Shown here in pieces: positions 9,177 to 18,659 of a stretch of DNA of 28,716 bases. The translations under genes were made by a program, and so were the position numbers. The stretch spans positions 1 through 28,716 of the forward strand of contig JBDNFV010000322.1 in NCBI GenBank assembly GCA_041689635.1. Reading direction: 5' to 3'. Every line of letters starts with the position of its first letter. Position 1 is the stretch's first letter. The notes below the pieces were generated by a model. The model ran no database searches. It saw only the letters and a list, made by a program, of their open reading frames with translations, and was not told where the DNA came from. The DNA is from Candidatus Nanopelagicales bacterium. Lineage in GTDB: Bacteria; Actinomycetota; Actinomycetes; S36-B12.

Positions 9177-9659
9177 TCAGGTGTAGTCCTCGACCTTGAG
9201 GACCTCAACCAACATTTCTTTACCGTTAGCCAACTGATAACTGGTTTTATCGCCAACGCGCTTGCCTAACACTGCTGCCCCCAAAGGTGAAGTCGGGGAG
9301 TAAACATCAATCGACGCATGCGCGGCTTCTTCGCGGGAGCCGAGCAGGAAGCGTTCTACTTCATCAAAATTGATCAGTCGAACCGAGATAACCTTGCCGT
9401 GGCTTACTTCTCCCTCGGCCGCCTCTGGTACACCGATCTGAGCGTTCTCGAGCAACTGACGCAACTGACGGACCCTGGCTTCGTTTTTCCCCTGCTCCTC
9501 TCGTGCGGCGTGGTAACCACCGTTTTCCTTGAGGTCACCTTCTTCGCGGGCCGCCTCAATTTTCTTGGTAATCTCGATACGCAGTGCACCTTGGCGGTTG
9601 TCAAATTCAGCGGTCAAGCGGTCATGGGCATCTTGCGTCAGCCAGGTAATTTCGGTCAT
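9177..9659 (-). CDS. greA: transcription elongation factor GreA
   Basis: EEGDLKENGGYHAARE acidic tip and SPTSPLGAA; start trimmed to MTEITWLT (ATG 9659). Confidence 0.96.
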   Translation of the reverse strand: MTEITWLTQDAHDRLTAEFDNRQGALRIEITKKIEAAREEGDLKENGGYHAAREEQGKNEARVRQLRQLLENAQIGVPEAAEGEVSHGKVISVRLINFDEVERFLLGSREEAAHASIDVYSPTSPLGAAVLGKRVGDKTSYQLANGKEMLVEVLKVEDYT

Positions 9660-9709
9660 AACGTGACACCCTAATCCTTTTCCTAGGATTGTGGACGGGT
9701 GTACAACAT

Positions 9710-10198
9710 TCACTGGTCAGAGTCCTCGGTCCATGGCTGCGGGGGCGGTGCAATTCCGGCTGGGAATTGGGGCCCGGGAACTCGAGTTGGTTCCCCGGAT
9801 GTAACGCAGGTGAGCACCTCAACGGCGTAGGCGCGGGCCAGGGTACGCAGTGAATAGTCCATCTGGACGTAGTCTTTCCCGCTGGGAATAGGTATAACCG
9901 AGTATCCAACGTCGACACGTTGTGAGTCCTGGGCGCGAACGACACAATCAACAGCATCACTGCCAATGCGCCGGAGTTCAAAACGCAGATCAGCACGATC
10001 GGAACTGACAATACTCCACGTCAGAAGTTTAAATTGAATGCTCTTCTGGGACATCGAAAACGTGACAAATCCAATTGCCACCGCAAATATTACGGTCACC
10101 AACGCGATCCCGATGGTGCGCAAATGATTTTTCTGGTTAAGCCCATACCGCTCTTGCATGGCTGGACTAAGTTGCTCTTTGCGAAAGGGGCTTGACAC
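9710..10198 (-). CDS. DUF4307 family membrane protein (Rv1081c-like)
   Basis: Single TM after ERYG, CVVRAQD...VDVG motif, position between greA and mca. GTG 10198 lies 6 nt after TAGTGT; ATG 10201 is the alternative start. Confidence 0.75.
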   Translation of the reverse strand: MSSPFRKEQLSPAMQERYGLNQKNHLRTIGIALVTVIFAVAIGFVTFSMSQKSIQFKLLTWSIVSSDRADLRFELRRIGSDAVDCVVRAQDSQRVDVGYSVIPIPSGKDYVQMDYSLRTLARAYAVEVLTCVTSGEPTRVPGPQFPAGIAPPPQPWTEDSDQ

Positions 10199-10245
10199 CA
10201 TCCCACACTAACGAGGGCCATGTGGGTGAGTGAGAGGATGCTCCC

Positions 10246-11115
10246 GTGACAACAACAACCACCCAGACTCCACTGCGACTTATGGCAATACATGCCCACC
10301 CTGACGACGAATCCAGTAAGGGCGCTGCAACCACTGCCAAATATGTTGATGAAGGAATAGACGTCATGGTTGTCTCCTGCACGGGTGGTGAGCGAGGTGA
10401 CGTGCTCAACGAGCAGGCTCAGGAAGAAGTTGATCGGTACGGAATTCATGCAGTCCGCCGGAAAGAGATGGCGGAGGCAGCAAGAATCCTCGGGGTACGA
10501 CACGAGTGGCTTGGGTTCATGGACTCGGGTTTCGCTGAAGGTGAGCCGCTGCCCGAAGACGCATTCGCGCGTGTCCCGCTAGAAATCTGCATTCCGCCAC
10601 TAGTCAAACTGCTACGCGAGTTTCGTCCGCAGGTGGTCACCACCTACGACGAAAATGGCGGCTACCCACACCCGGACCATATTCAAACCCACGTGATCAC
10701 CATGGCTGCGATCGACGTTGCGGCGGACCCGCAAGCGCACCCGGAATTCGGACCTCCACACCAGGTCCAAAAGGTGTATTACAACCAACAGTTTCACAAA
10801 GCGCGAGTAGTCGCTTTACACAACCTGTTGCTGGAACAGGAGATTCCCTCACCGTATGTCGAATGGTTAAAAAACTGGGAGGATAAACCGGAAGATTCAG
10901 AGCGGATTACCACGAGTGTTGAGTGCGCCACCTATTTTCCAATTAGAGATTCCGCCCTGAAGGCCCATGCCACCCAAATTGAGCCCGACGGTCGTTGGTT
11001 TGTAGTTTCAACCCAATTGCAACAGACGGCCTGGCCAACCGAGGAATTCCAATTGGCATCTAGCCTGGTTCCCACGACGCTCCCTGAAAGTGACCTCTTT
11101 GCCGGCCTGCGCTAG
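10246..11115 (+). CDS. mca: mycothiol conjugate amidase
   Basis: AIHAHPDDESSKG, SCTGGERG, GGYPHPDHI, ALKAHATQI; canonical position after greA/DUF4307. Confidence 0.93.
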   Translation: MTTTTTQTPLRLMAIHAHPDDESSKGAATTAKYVDEGIDVMVVSCTGGERGDVLNEQAQEEVDRYGIHAVRRKEMAEAARILGVRHEWLGFMDSGFAEGEPLPEDAFARVPLEICIPPLVKLLREFRPQVVTTYDENGGYPHPDHIQTHVITMAAIDVAADPQAHPEFGPPHQVQKVYYNQQFHKARVVALHNLLLEQEIPSPYVEWLKNWEDKPEDSERITTSVECATYFPIRDSALKAHATQIEPDGRWFVVSTQLQQTAWPTEEFQLASSLVPTTLPESDLFAGLR

Positions 11116-11146
11116 CAGGGGAGTAAAGGATTAGAGTTGAATCACT

Positions 11147-11386
11147 ATGGACAGCAAAAATGAACTCAGCACTCTTATTGACAGCGCCGGTCCCATTGCC
11201 GGGATTTTTGTCGCGCTCGTAGCCCTTGCCCTAGTTTTATTGTGGCTGAACATGAATCGTCAAATAAAACGGATAGATCCGAACCTGCCTCGTGGGCGCC
11301 GTGAAGTTCGCATCCCACAACAATCCAAAGCCATAGTGAACATGGAAGAGAGCGCCGAGCAAGATCCTGATGCCGCCAAGCAGTGA
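11147..11386 (+). CDS. small single-TM membrane protein (positional equivalent of Rv1083)
   Basis: One clear hydrophobic helix (IAGIFVALVALALVLLWL) followed by NMNRQIKRI; directly downstream of mca. Confidence 0.65.
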   Translation: MDSKNELSTLIDSAGPIAGIFVALVALALVLLWLNMNRQIKRIDPNLPRGRREVRIPQQSKAIVNMEESAEQDPDAAKQ

Positions 11387-12089
11387 TTTTCTGGCACGGG
11401 TAAAAACGCCGGTATCCATTTTGGCACTGCTTTCATTGATTCTGGTATGTGTGCTTTTTTTCTTCCTCGGTAAATGGCAGTGGGACCGCACTCAGGATAT
11501 TCTCGACGCCGAGCGCGCCGCATCAATGTCGGCGGTGCCGCTCAGCCAAATTGATCAGCCGATGGAGCCGCAGGACTTTGGGCGATCTGTGACCGCGACC
11601 GGTACGTACATTGATCAGGATCAAGTCCGAATCGGAAGCAGACTCTCACGCGATTCGGTTGCGGGGGATTGGATTGTCTCAGCACTGCGCATCAACTCGG
11701 GCCAGTCCATCGCGGTCGTCCGAGGTTGGGTCCCCGAGGGACAGGTATTCGCTACCCCCACAGAAGAAGTCAGCATCGAAGGTGTCTTACAGCCGAGTGA
11801 TTCTTTTTACGAGACGCCCAACGATCAAAGTGGTGACATTGTCACTATTGACTCACGGCAACTCTCAGCGCTATGGAAGACAAAGCTGCTCGACGGCTTC
11901 GTTGTGATGCAAATCCAAGCGCCTACGACGGTAAATTCACCGGTGAGTGTTCCGCCCACAATTTCAACCGCAGATGTAGCGTTTCCCTTGCAGAATTTTT
12001 TCTATGCAATTCAGTGGTGGATTTTCGCACTCTTTGCGGTAACCATTTATATTCGTTGGCTCGTTCTAGGCAGTACGTTAGCCACATGA
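11370..12089 (+). CDS. SURF1 family protein
   Basis: N-terminal TM ending LGKWQWDR, IAVVRGWVP, and C-terminal NFFYAIQWWIFA TM. Confidence 0.85.
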   Translation: MPPSSDFLARVKTPVSILALLSLILVCVLFFFLGKWQWDRTQDILDAERAASMSAVPLSQIDQPMEPQDFGRSVTATGTYIDQDQVRIGSRLSRDSVAGDWIVSALRINSGQSIAVVRGWVPEGQVFATPTEEVSIEGVLQPSDSFYETPNDQSGDIVTIDSRQLSALWKTKLLDGFVVMQIQAPTTVNSPVSVPPTISTADVAFPLQNFFYAIQWWIFALFAVTIYIRWLVLGSTLAT

Positions 12090-13000
12090 TTCAGGTCATG
12101 GGTGAGGCCCTTATTGACATAATCGTGTCACCGGAAGGTGATATGTCTTCCGTCGTAGGGGGAGGCCCGGTCAACACGGCGCGCGCCATCGCCCGTTTAG
12201 GTACACCCGTCTCTTTCATTGGTGGGATTTCACACGACGCACTTGGCCAGCGGATCCACCGACTTCTCGACGCCGACACGGTGCACTGCGCAATTAAGCA
12301 GAACTGCATCGCTCCAACTACTGTGGCTATTGCCTCATTAAACGAACACGGTGCAGCGTCCTACCGATTCCTGATGCATGGCACGTCATCACTTTCCGTA
12401 ACCCCTGACATTGCCCTGAATGCGTTAGATGTGAATGCCACGGCGGTTCATGTCGGCACGCTCGCCTTCGTTTTTGAACCACTTTCCCAAGCGACCCGGG
12501 CCGTTGTTGCAGCAATGGGTGAACATCAATTATTAATGATGGACCCAAACGCACGCCCCAGTGTGATGGACGACCCGGCAGAATTTTGGCAGACTTTCAA
12601 CACGTCCCTTCACCGCGCTGATGTCATCAAGGTCAGTGGAGACGACCTCGACTACATGTTCCCTGATCTCAGCAACCTCGATGCAGCGCGTGGTATTCAC
12701 ACTCAATCGCATGCCACCGTGTTATTCACCGACGGGTCCCGCAATGTCCACGTATTTAGCGAGAATGAATATTTCCAGTGTGATGTCCCCCGAGTCAAAG
12801 TAGTTGACACGGTGGGAGCCGGTGACTCATTCAGCGGCGGATTCCTCTCCTACTGGGAGAGCCAGAATTGGGAGCGCCGGGAAGCGAGAGAGTCGAAAAA
12901 GGTCCGAGCCGCTGTCGAGTTTGGGATTATGGTGGCGGGAATAACGTGTCAGCGTTCGGGCGCGATGCCACCATTCGCACACGAACTGGTTGGAACGTAG
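12086..13000 (+). CDS. PfkB-family carbohydrate kinase (fructokinase-like)
   Basis: GEALID, GGGPVNTA, DPNARP and the anion-hole motif DTVGAGDSF; start ATG 12086 has an ATGA overlap with the SURF1 stop. Confidence 0.9.
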   Translation: MIQVMGEALIDIIVSPEGDMSSVVGGGPVNTARAIARLGTPVSFIGGISHDALGQRIHRLLDADTVHCAIKQNCIAPTTVAIASLNEHGAASYRFLMHGTSSLSVTPDIALNALDVNATAVHVGTLAFVFEPLSQATRAVVAAMGEHQLLMMDPNARPSVMDDPAEFWQTFNTSLHRADVIKVSGDDLDYMFPDLSNLDAARGIHTQSHATVLFTDGSRNVHVFSENEYFQCDVPRVKVVDTVGAGDSFSGGFLSYWESQNWERREARESKKVRAAVEFGIMVAGITCQRSGAMPPFAHELVGT

Positions 13001-13009
13001 GCTGCCCTC

Positions 13010-13366
13010 ATGAACAAGATCCCCACGGCGCTCATTGCGTTTCGCATCATGGCGTGGGTGACGGGCGTTGTCCTAGCGAGTGCCTCGGTGTGGGCGCTCT
13101 ACGGTTACCTGTTCCTCAATTACGGAACAGAAGGAGGCAAACCACTTCTTTACAGCATTTTATGGATTGCCCACGGTTGGTTGTATTTCGCTTACTTGAT
13201 AGCCGCCGTCAACCTGGCTTTCCTTTTGCGATTCCCAATATTTAAAACCCTAGCCTTACTCCTCGCCGGAACAATTCCTTTTGCATCTTTTTACGCAGAC
13301 TTTGTGATGCACCGGTATGTGCAAACAAGGCCTAGCAAGCCCGTTAGTCAAGGGCCCAGTCAATAG
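13010..13366 (+). CDS. DUF3817 family membrane protein
   Basis: FRIMAWVTGV, HGWLYFAY and LLAGTIPFASF pattern; 3-4 TMs. Confidence 0.8.
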   Translation: MNKIPTALIAFRIMAWVTGVVLASASVWALYGYLFLNYGTEGGKPLLYSILWIAHGWLYFAYLIAAVNLAFLLRFPIFKTLALLLAGTIPFASFYADFVMHRYVQTRPSKPVSQGPSQ

Positions 13367-14018
13367 GGGAAACTCCACTTTTACGGAGTAAATCGTTAGC
13401 CCGGCTAAATGGTTGGCTGCCAAAAAAACCGCGCCGTGCTGACAGCGGACTCGGGTGTGGGCTAGAAATTACGAATCGCGAATCACACCGACTACCCGCC
13501 ATTTGGGCTTCTTTTCCCCACAAAATGGACACTAGCGTCGCATCAGGTCGATGAATGAGCGCCTCGAGGGCGGCCGATGTGACGTGCTCCCAGCCCTTGC
13601 CGCGGTGGCTACCGCTAGCGCCACTTTGTACGGTCAGTACGGAATTCAACAACAACACGCCCTGATCCGCCCAGGGGGTGAGGTCACCGCGTGAGGGTGC
13701 TGACACACCAAGATCGGTCTGTAATTCACGAAAAACATTTACCAAACTTCGAGGAAAAGTAGTACCTGATGAAACCGAGAATGCGAGGCCCACACTATGA
13801 CCGGGGGTGGGATACGGGTCCTGTCCCAGAATAACCACTTTGACGTGGTCTAAAGGCTGCGCAAATGCTCGCCAAACGAGGTCGGGTTCTGGGAGCCAGT
13901 TGCGCCCAGCCACCGTTTCGGACTCAAGAAAGACTTGGAGAGCCGAAATGTTGTCGGAAAGGCCATCAAATGCCGGCAACCAACTTGGGTGAACAGAACT
14001 CGCCATCTGGGGCAACAT
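13344..14018 (-). CDS. ung: uracil-DNA glycosylase (family 1)
   Basis: GQDPYP, GVLLLNSVLTV, HPSPLS motifs. Confidence 0.95.
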   Translation of the reverse strand: MLPQMASSVHPSWLPAFDGLSDNISALQVFLESETVAGRNWLPEPDLVWRAFAQPLDHVKVVILGQDPYPTPGHSVGLAFSVSSGTTFPRSLVNVFRELQTDLGVSAPSRGDLTPWADQGVLLLNSVLTVQSGASGSHRGKGWEHVTSAALEALIHRPDATLVSILWGKEAQMAGSRCDSRFVISSPHPSPLSARRGFFGSQPFSRANDLLRKSGVSPIDWALD

Positions 14019-14024
14019 GGCTAC

Positions 14025-14087
14025 AGATTAGATCACCAAATATAAGGCCTTAGTGCCCGTGCCAAAGCATCAATCGGGTATTACAGT
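14025..14087. promoter_or_regulatory. divergent leaderless-type -10 elements for ung and nfeD
   Basis: TAATCT (14030-14025, minus) lies 6 nt before the ung ATG. TACAGT (14082-14087) lies 7 nt before ATG 14095. Confidence 0.55.
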
Positions 14088-14094
14088 GGGGAAC

Positions 14095-14529
14095 ATGATC
14101 TGGCTTTGGGGCATAACGGCGGGTATTGCTCTCAGTCTGGAGTTTGCCACAACCACTTTCTATTTTGGCCTCCTTGGCGTGGGTGCGGTTGGCGGTCTGG
14201 CAACAGCGGCGGTGGGTGCTCCCGTCATTGTTCAGGTCCTAGTAACGGCCGCCATTACCTTGTTCGGCATTGTCGCCATTCGTCCTTTGGCGCTCAAACG
14301 TTTTGCCAGGGTTCCCATTGGCGCTCGCACCGGGGTTGATGCACTCATCGGAGCCGAGGGGTTGACCCTGATGAATGTCACATTACATGAAGGTCAGATC
14401 AAACTCAGAGGTGAAACGTGGAGCGCCCGACTTGACCCAGATCTTGCCTCGGAACCCATTGAACCCAATGCCCGAGTTTCCATTTCTCGAATTGATGGCG
14501 CAACCGCGTTAATTTTCCCGCTCGACTAA
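14095..14529 (+). CDS. nfeD: NfeD family protein (short form: TM + C-terminal OB fold)
   Basis: Hydrophobic N-terminus, GVDALIG, GQIKLRGETWSAR, DGATALI; immediately upstream of an SPFH gene. Start trimmed from 14053 to ATG 14095. Confidence 0.85.
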   Translation: MIWLWGITAGIALSLEFATTTFYFGLLGVGAVGGLATAAVGAPVIVQVLVTAAITLFGIVAIRPLALKRFARVPIGARTGVDALIGAEGLTLMNVTLHEGQIKLRGETWSARLDPDLASEPIEPNARVSISRIDGATALIFPLD

Positions 14530-14548
14530 AAACTATGAAGGAGTCGTC

Positions 14549-15457
14549 ATGGACCTTGTTGGAGTAATCGCTGGTGTCGTTGCAGTGCTTGCCGTTTTGC
14601 TGCTTATGTTGTCTCGAACATTAATCATCGTGAATCAAGCAAGTACCGCAATTGTTGAGAGACTTGGTCGTTTTCAACGAACGCTGACACCTGGATTGAC
14701 AGTTCTGATTCCCTTTATTGACCGCATCCGGACGCGCGTTGACATGCGCGAGCAGGTTGCGTCGTTCCCACCGCAGCCGGTAATCACCGAGGACAACCTC
14801 GTCGTTTCCATTGACACGGTCGTGTATTTCCAGGTCACGGATCCAAAAGCCGCAACATATGAAATCTCAAGTTTCCTGCTGGGAATTGAGCAACTCACCG
14901 TCACCACATTGCGTAACGTGATCGGATCAATGGATCTGGAACAAACCCTTACGTCTCGAGATTCAATCAATGGCCAGTTGCGCGGCGTCTTGGACGAAGC
15001 AACGGGAAAGTGGGGGATCCGGGTGAATCGAGTTGAGCTCAAGGCGATCGACCCCCCGAAGTCGGTGCAAGAGTCAATGGAGAAGCAACTCAAAGCTGAA
15101 CGGGAGCGTCGAGCCACCATCTTGATTGCAGAAGGCCAAAAGCAAAGTTCGATTCTCACGGCCGAAGGAGAAAAGCAAAGTGCAATTCTGATGGCTGAAG
15201 GATTCGCTCAATCTGAAGTCGTCCGAGCAAAGGCCGAAGCCCAAGCGGAAATCCTTCGAGCCGAAGGTGAAGCCGTGGCACTTGAAAAGGTGTACCGAGC
15301 AATTCACGAGGCGAATCCGACCGCCGCAGCCCTCGCGCACAGGTATCTTGAGACTCTTCCCATGATCGCCCAAGGCGATGCAAATAAAATGTGGGTGATC
15401 CCCACCGAGTTCACCGGCGCAATGGAGGTCCTGAAAAAGGGTTTCGCTAAAGAATAA
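14549..15457 (+). CDS. SPFH/band 7 (stomatin/QmcA-like) membrane protein
   Basis: IVERLGRF, VITEDN, RNVIGSM, WGIRVNRVELK, EKQLKAERERRA; SD AGGAG. Confidence 0.93.
   Translation: MDLVGVIAGVVAVLAVLLLMLSRTLIIVNQASTAIVERLGRFQRTLTPGLTVLIPFIDRIRTRVDMREQVASFPPQPVITEDNLVVSIDTVVYFQVTDPKAATYEISSFLLGIEQLTVTTLRNVIGSMDLEQTLTSRDSINGQLRGVLDEATGKWGIRVNRVELKAIDPPKSVQESMEKQLKAERERRATILIAEGQKQSSILTAEGEKQSAILMAEGFAQSEVVRAKAEAQAEILRAEGEAVALEKVYRAIHEANPTAAALAHRYLETLPMIAQGDANKMWVIPTEFTGAMEVLKKGFAKE
15119..15217 (+). repeat. three imperfect 33-nt (11-aa) in-frame repeats in the SPFH coiled coil
   Basis: ILIAEGQKQSS / ILTAEGEKQSA / ILMAEGFAQSE. Confidence 0.75.
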
Positions 15458-15620
15458 TGAGGAGGGCAATGGCTACGGCAAATGCCCCAAATACGAAAAA
15501 CTTGGTGATTACCCGATGTGGGCGCTGACCTGAGGTCGTTGGTTTTTGGTTCGCTAATTCGCCCAGGGCGTTATTTCGTTCGATTGCCTGATCGTATTCC
15601 TTTTTTGCGTCCTCAAACAT
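15447..15620 (-). CDS. hypothetical 57-aa tail-anchored small protein
   Basis: TAGACT -10 (15657-15652) and SD AGGAG (15630-15626) 5 nt before the ATG. Charged helical N-terminus with a C-terminal TM (FFVFGAFAVAIALLIIL). Fills the gap between SPFH and the next gene. Confidence 0.65.
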   Translation of the reverse strand: MFEDAKKEYDQAIERNNALGELANQKPTTSGQRPHRVITKFFVFGAFAVAIALLIIL

Positions 15621-15687
15621 GTGAACTCCTTCTCCCATCGAATCCTGGCCTAGTCTATTTCCACCCGATGCGGATACGCTGCAACAC

Positions 15688-17703
15688 GTGAATCGACTCG
15701 GACATTCCACATCGCCATATCTGTTACAGCATGCAGAAAACCCAGTCCACTGGTGGGAGTGGTCGCAGGAAGCTCTCGAAGAGGCGCGTAGTCGGGACGT
15801 CCCTATTTTCCTGAGCATCGGTTATTCGGCCTGTCATTGGTGTCACGTGATGGCCCATGAGTCATTTGAAAATCCAGAGATCGCGAAGTTTCTTAACGAG
15901 CATTTCGTCAATATCAAGGTGGATCGCGAGGAGCGCCCTGACCTTGACTCGATTTACATGGAAGCAACGGTTGCTTTGACCGGGCACGGTGGGTGGCCAA
16001 TGTCAGTGTTTCTCGACCATGAAGGTCGACCGTTTTATGCTGGCACTTACTTTCCGCCAGTCCCACACCATGGAATGCCAAGTTTTGGTCAGTTACTCCA
16101 GTCGATCTCTGATACTTGGGTTGAGCGAAAGTCAGACATCATCCAAGCGGGCGAGCGAATCATGAGTGCATTGGAGGATCGAGGTCGAGGATTTGAGTTA
16201 ACCGAAGTGACTTCGCTCAGCAACGATCAGTATGTCGAATATTTGCGTGGAGCGGTCAACAGTTTGCATCACTCATTTGATCCAGTTAATGCAGGCTTCG
16301 GGCGCGCTCCGAAATTCCCACCATCGATGGTTCTTGAGTTCTTATTACGGATGGCGTCGGATACTCAGGTAGGTGGGCAGGCGGCAAGCATGGCGTTTAA
16401 GACACTCGATGCGATGGCCCGCGGCGGAATCTATGACCAAATTGGTGGTGGTTTTGCGCGTTACAGTGTCGATGAAGCCTGGGTTGTCCCGCATTTTGAA
16501 AAAATGCTGTACGACAACGCGCTGCTCATTCGGGTCTACGCCCACTGGTGGCGTCTCACCGGTGATCCGCTTGCCGAGCGGGTTGTCCGAGAAAGCATTG
16601 AATTCCTTTTGCGGGAAATGCGCACACCTCAGGGTGCTTTCGCTTCAGCACTTGACGCTGATAGTGAAGGTGTCGAAGGAAAGTTTTATGCATGGACCCC
16701 GGGGGAGGTCGCCGAGGTGGTTGGCGCAGATTTCGCGGATGCCGCATGTGACATGTTTGAAGTCACCGCATCCGGAACTTTCGAGCACGGTAACTCAACT
16801 TTGCAATTGCTCGCCGATCCCCAAGATCCACAATTATGGTCCAGAATGCGAGAGCAGTTATTGCACGCGCGAAGTAGCAGGATTCGACCCGGGCAAGACG
16901 ACAAAGTTGTGGCTTCGTGGAATGGACTGACAATCTCAGCGTTGGCCGAAGCCGGGTCGATTTTCACGGAACCGGAATGGATCCACGCGGCCGCTGCCGC
17001 TGCCGATTGCGTGATCACCGTGCACGTGGGGGCGAATGGGCGCCTAGCCAGCATGTCGCGTACCTCGCGCGACGGTGTCCCGGGGAAAAATTCAGGCGTG
17101 CTTGATGACTATGCGAATATGTCAGAAGGGCTACTGACTCTTCACCAAGTAACGGGGGAGTCCGCCTGGCTGCACGAGGCTCGGGTGCTGATGGACACTG
17201 CCCTTGAGTTATTCGATGACGGTGAAGGAGGCTTCTTTGATACGGCGAGTGACGCTGAGAAGTTAATTCGCAGACCACGCGACTTCTCAGACAATGCGGA
17301 ACCATCGGGGTGGCTTTCCATGGCGAATCTCTTGGTTCGATTCAGCGCACTTGATCAGGGTGATTTCCTTGCGTTGAGAACGCGGGCTGAAAAAGCTTTA
17401 GGGGTAGTTCCCTCATTCGCAGTGAATGCTCCAAGGTCGGTGGGTTGGGGTTTGGTGGCAATGTGGTCCCTCGCGCAAGGCCCGTGGGAGGTCGCCGTGA
17501 GCGGCCCGAAAAGTGCACAATTCGCCCAGCTGGCCCTGCTCTCCCCTTTATGCCCGGAAGTTCGCTGGTCATCTGAGTTTGCTGACCACGCTCAAGTCTG
17601 CCGATTCACGATCTGCGAACTACCCACAAGTAGTCCCACCGAACTTGCCGAATTCATGAGTCTTGGGCCGCATCTTCAACCCTTGGTTACCGCAATGGAG
17701 TAA
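15688..17703 (+). CDS. thioredoxin-domain + (alpha/alpha)6 protein, YyaL/DUF255/SPATA20 family (Rv1084-like)
   Basis: NRL..STSPYLLQHAENPV, CHWCHVMAHESF, KVDREERPD, GGWP, PHFEKMLYDNA. Confidence 0.93.
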   Translation: MNRLGHSTSPYLLQHAENPVHWWEWSQEALEEARSRDVPIFLSIGYSACHWCHVMAHESFENPEIAKFLNEHFVNIKVDREERPDLDSIYMEATVALTGHGGWPMSVFLDHEGRPFYAGTYFPPVPHHGMPSFGQLLQSISDTWVERKSDIIQAGERIMSALEDRGRGFELTEVTSLSNDQYVEYLRGAVNSLHHSFDPVNAGFGRAPKFPPSMVLEFLLRMASDTQVGGQAASMAFKTLDAMARGGIYDQIGGGFARYSVDEAWVVPHFEKMLYDNALLIRVYAHWWRLTGDPLAERVVRESIEFLLREMRTPQGAFASALDADSEGVEGKFYAWTPGEVAEVVGADFADAACDMFEVTASGTFEHGNSTLQLLADPQDPQLWSRMREQLLHARSSRIRPGQDDKVVASWNGLTISALAEAGSIFTEPEWIHAAAAAADCVITVHVGANGRLASMSRTSRDGVPGKNSGVLDDYANMSEGLLTLHQVTGESAWLHEARVLMDTALELFDDGEGGFFDTASDAEKLIRRPRDFSDNAEPSGWLSMANLLVRFSALDQGDFLALRTRAEKALGVVPSFAVNAPRSVGWGLVAMWSLAQGPWEVAVSGPKSAQFAQLALLSPLCPEVRWSSEFADHAQVCRFTICELPTSSPTELAEFMSLGPHLQPLVTAME

Positions 17704-17755
17704 TCTAGGGCGTCTACGTCAGGTCACATCGCGATCATGGAAAGGCTGGGTGCAC

Positions 17756-18517
17756 GTGGGTCTGAAAGATCTCGTCTACGGCGTCTATGAACGCAATCTC
17801 GCGGCCCAGATTCCACCCGAACGGATGCCACGCCACGTGGGAGTGATCCTCGATGGCAACCGCAGGTGGGCTACGGCGCAGGGTTCCACGTCTGAGCAAG
17901 GGCACGAAGCGGGTGCCGCCAAAATAGTTGACTTCCTTGGTTGGTGTGATGAAGCGGGAGTGGAAGTTGTCACCCTCTGGTTGCTGTCAACTGATAATTT
18001 GAGTCGGCCCGAAGTCGAACTCGACAAACTCATGTCAATCATTGAGTCAACGGTGCAAAATTTGGTCTCTAAAGGACGCTGGCGGATCCACCCGGTGGGA
18101 GCTCTTGATTTACTTCCGGCCCACATGGCAAATTTGTTGAAAGAATCTGCTGAAGCGACGGCCGACATTGATGGATCACTCGTCAACGTGGCTGTTGGTT
18201 ACGGCGGTCGCCGTGAAGTGGTTGACGCGGTGCGATCACTACTCGCGGACCATGCAAGCCAAGGAACCAGCCTGGACGAACTTGCCCAACTAATCGACGT
18301 TGACCACATCGCAGAGCACCTCTACACGAAGGGTCAACCAGATCCTGACCTCGTTATCCGTACATCCGGTGAACAGCGGCTTTCTGGGTTTTTATTGTGG
18401 CAAAGCGCGCATTCTGAATTCTATTTCTGCGAAGCATTTTGGCCAGACTTCAGACGAATTGATTTTTTGCGAGCGGTTCGGGCCTACGTTGAGCGGAATC
18501 GCCGTTACGGCACGTAA
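17756..18517 (+). CDS. cis-isoprenyl transferase (UppS family, Rv1086-like short-chain paralog)
   Basis: HVGVILDGNRRWA, LLSTDN, IRTSGEQRLSGFLLWQ; start trimmed to GTG 17756. Confidence 0.92.
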   Translation: MGLKDLVYGVYERNLAAQIPPERMPRHVGVILDGNRRWATAQGSTSEQGHEAGAAKIVDFLGWCDEAGVEVVTLWLLSTDNLSRPEVELDKLMSIIESTVQNLVSKGRWRIHPVGALDLLPAHMANLLKESAEATADIDGSLVNVAVGYGGRREVVDAVRSLLADHASQGTSLDELAQLIDVDHIAEHLYTKGQPDPDLVIRTSGEQRLSGFLLWQSAHSEFYFCEAFWPDFRRIDFLRAVRAYVERNRRYGT

Positions 18518-18659
18518 GGGATCGCGCCGAAGACTCGCTAATCCAAAAAGTGGAGTGTCCACGTGACAGATTCACCGTGACGCAATTTTCGTCTTTCACC
18601 GTGCACGCGTTGTTTACCGTGTCGCCTTTTTACCCCGGCGTGTCGGCAATTATTAGCGG

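Noticed and set aside
15119-15217. 33-nt tandem repeats as CRISPR/VNTR
   Set aside because: In-frame degenerate coiled-coil repeats, normal for QmcA/stomatin-like SPFH proteins.
18563-18580. GGAG-preceded mini-ORF MTDSP upstream of phoH2 as a possible phoAT2 antitoxin
   Set aside because: Five codons is far too short for an antitoxin; indistinguishable from chance.
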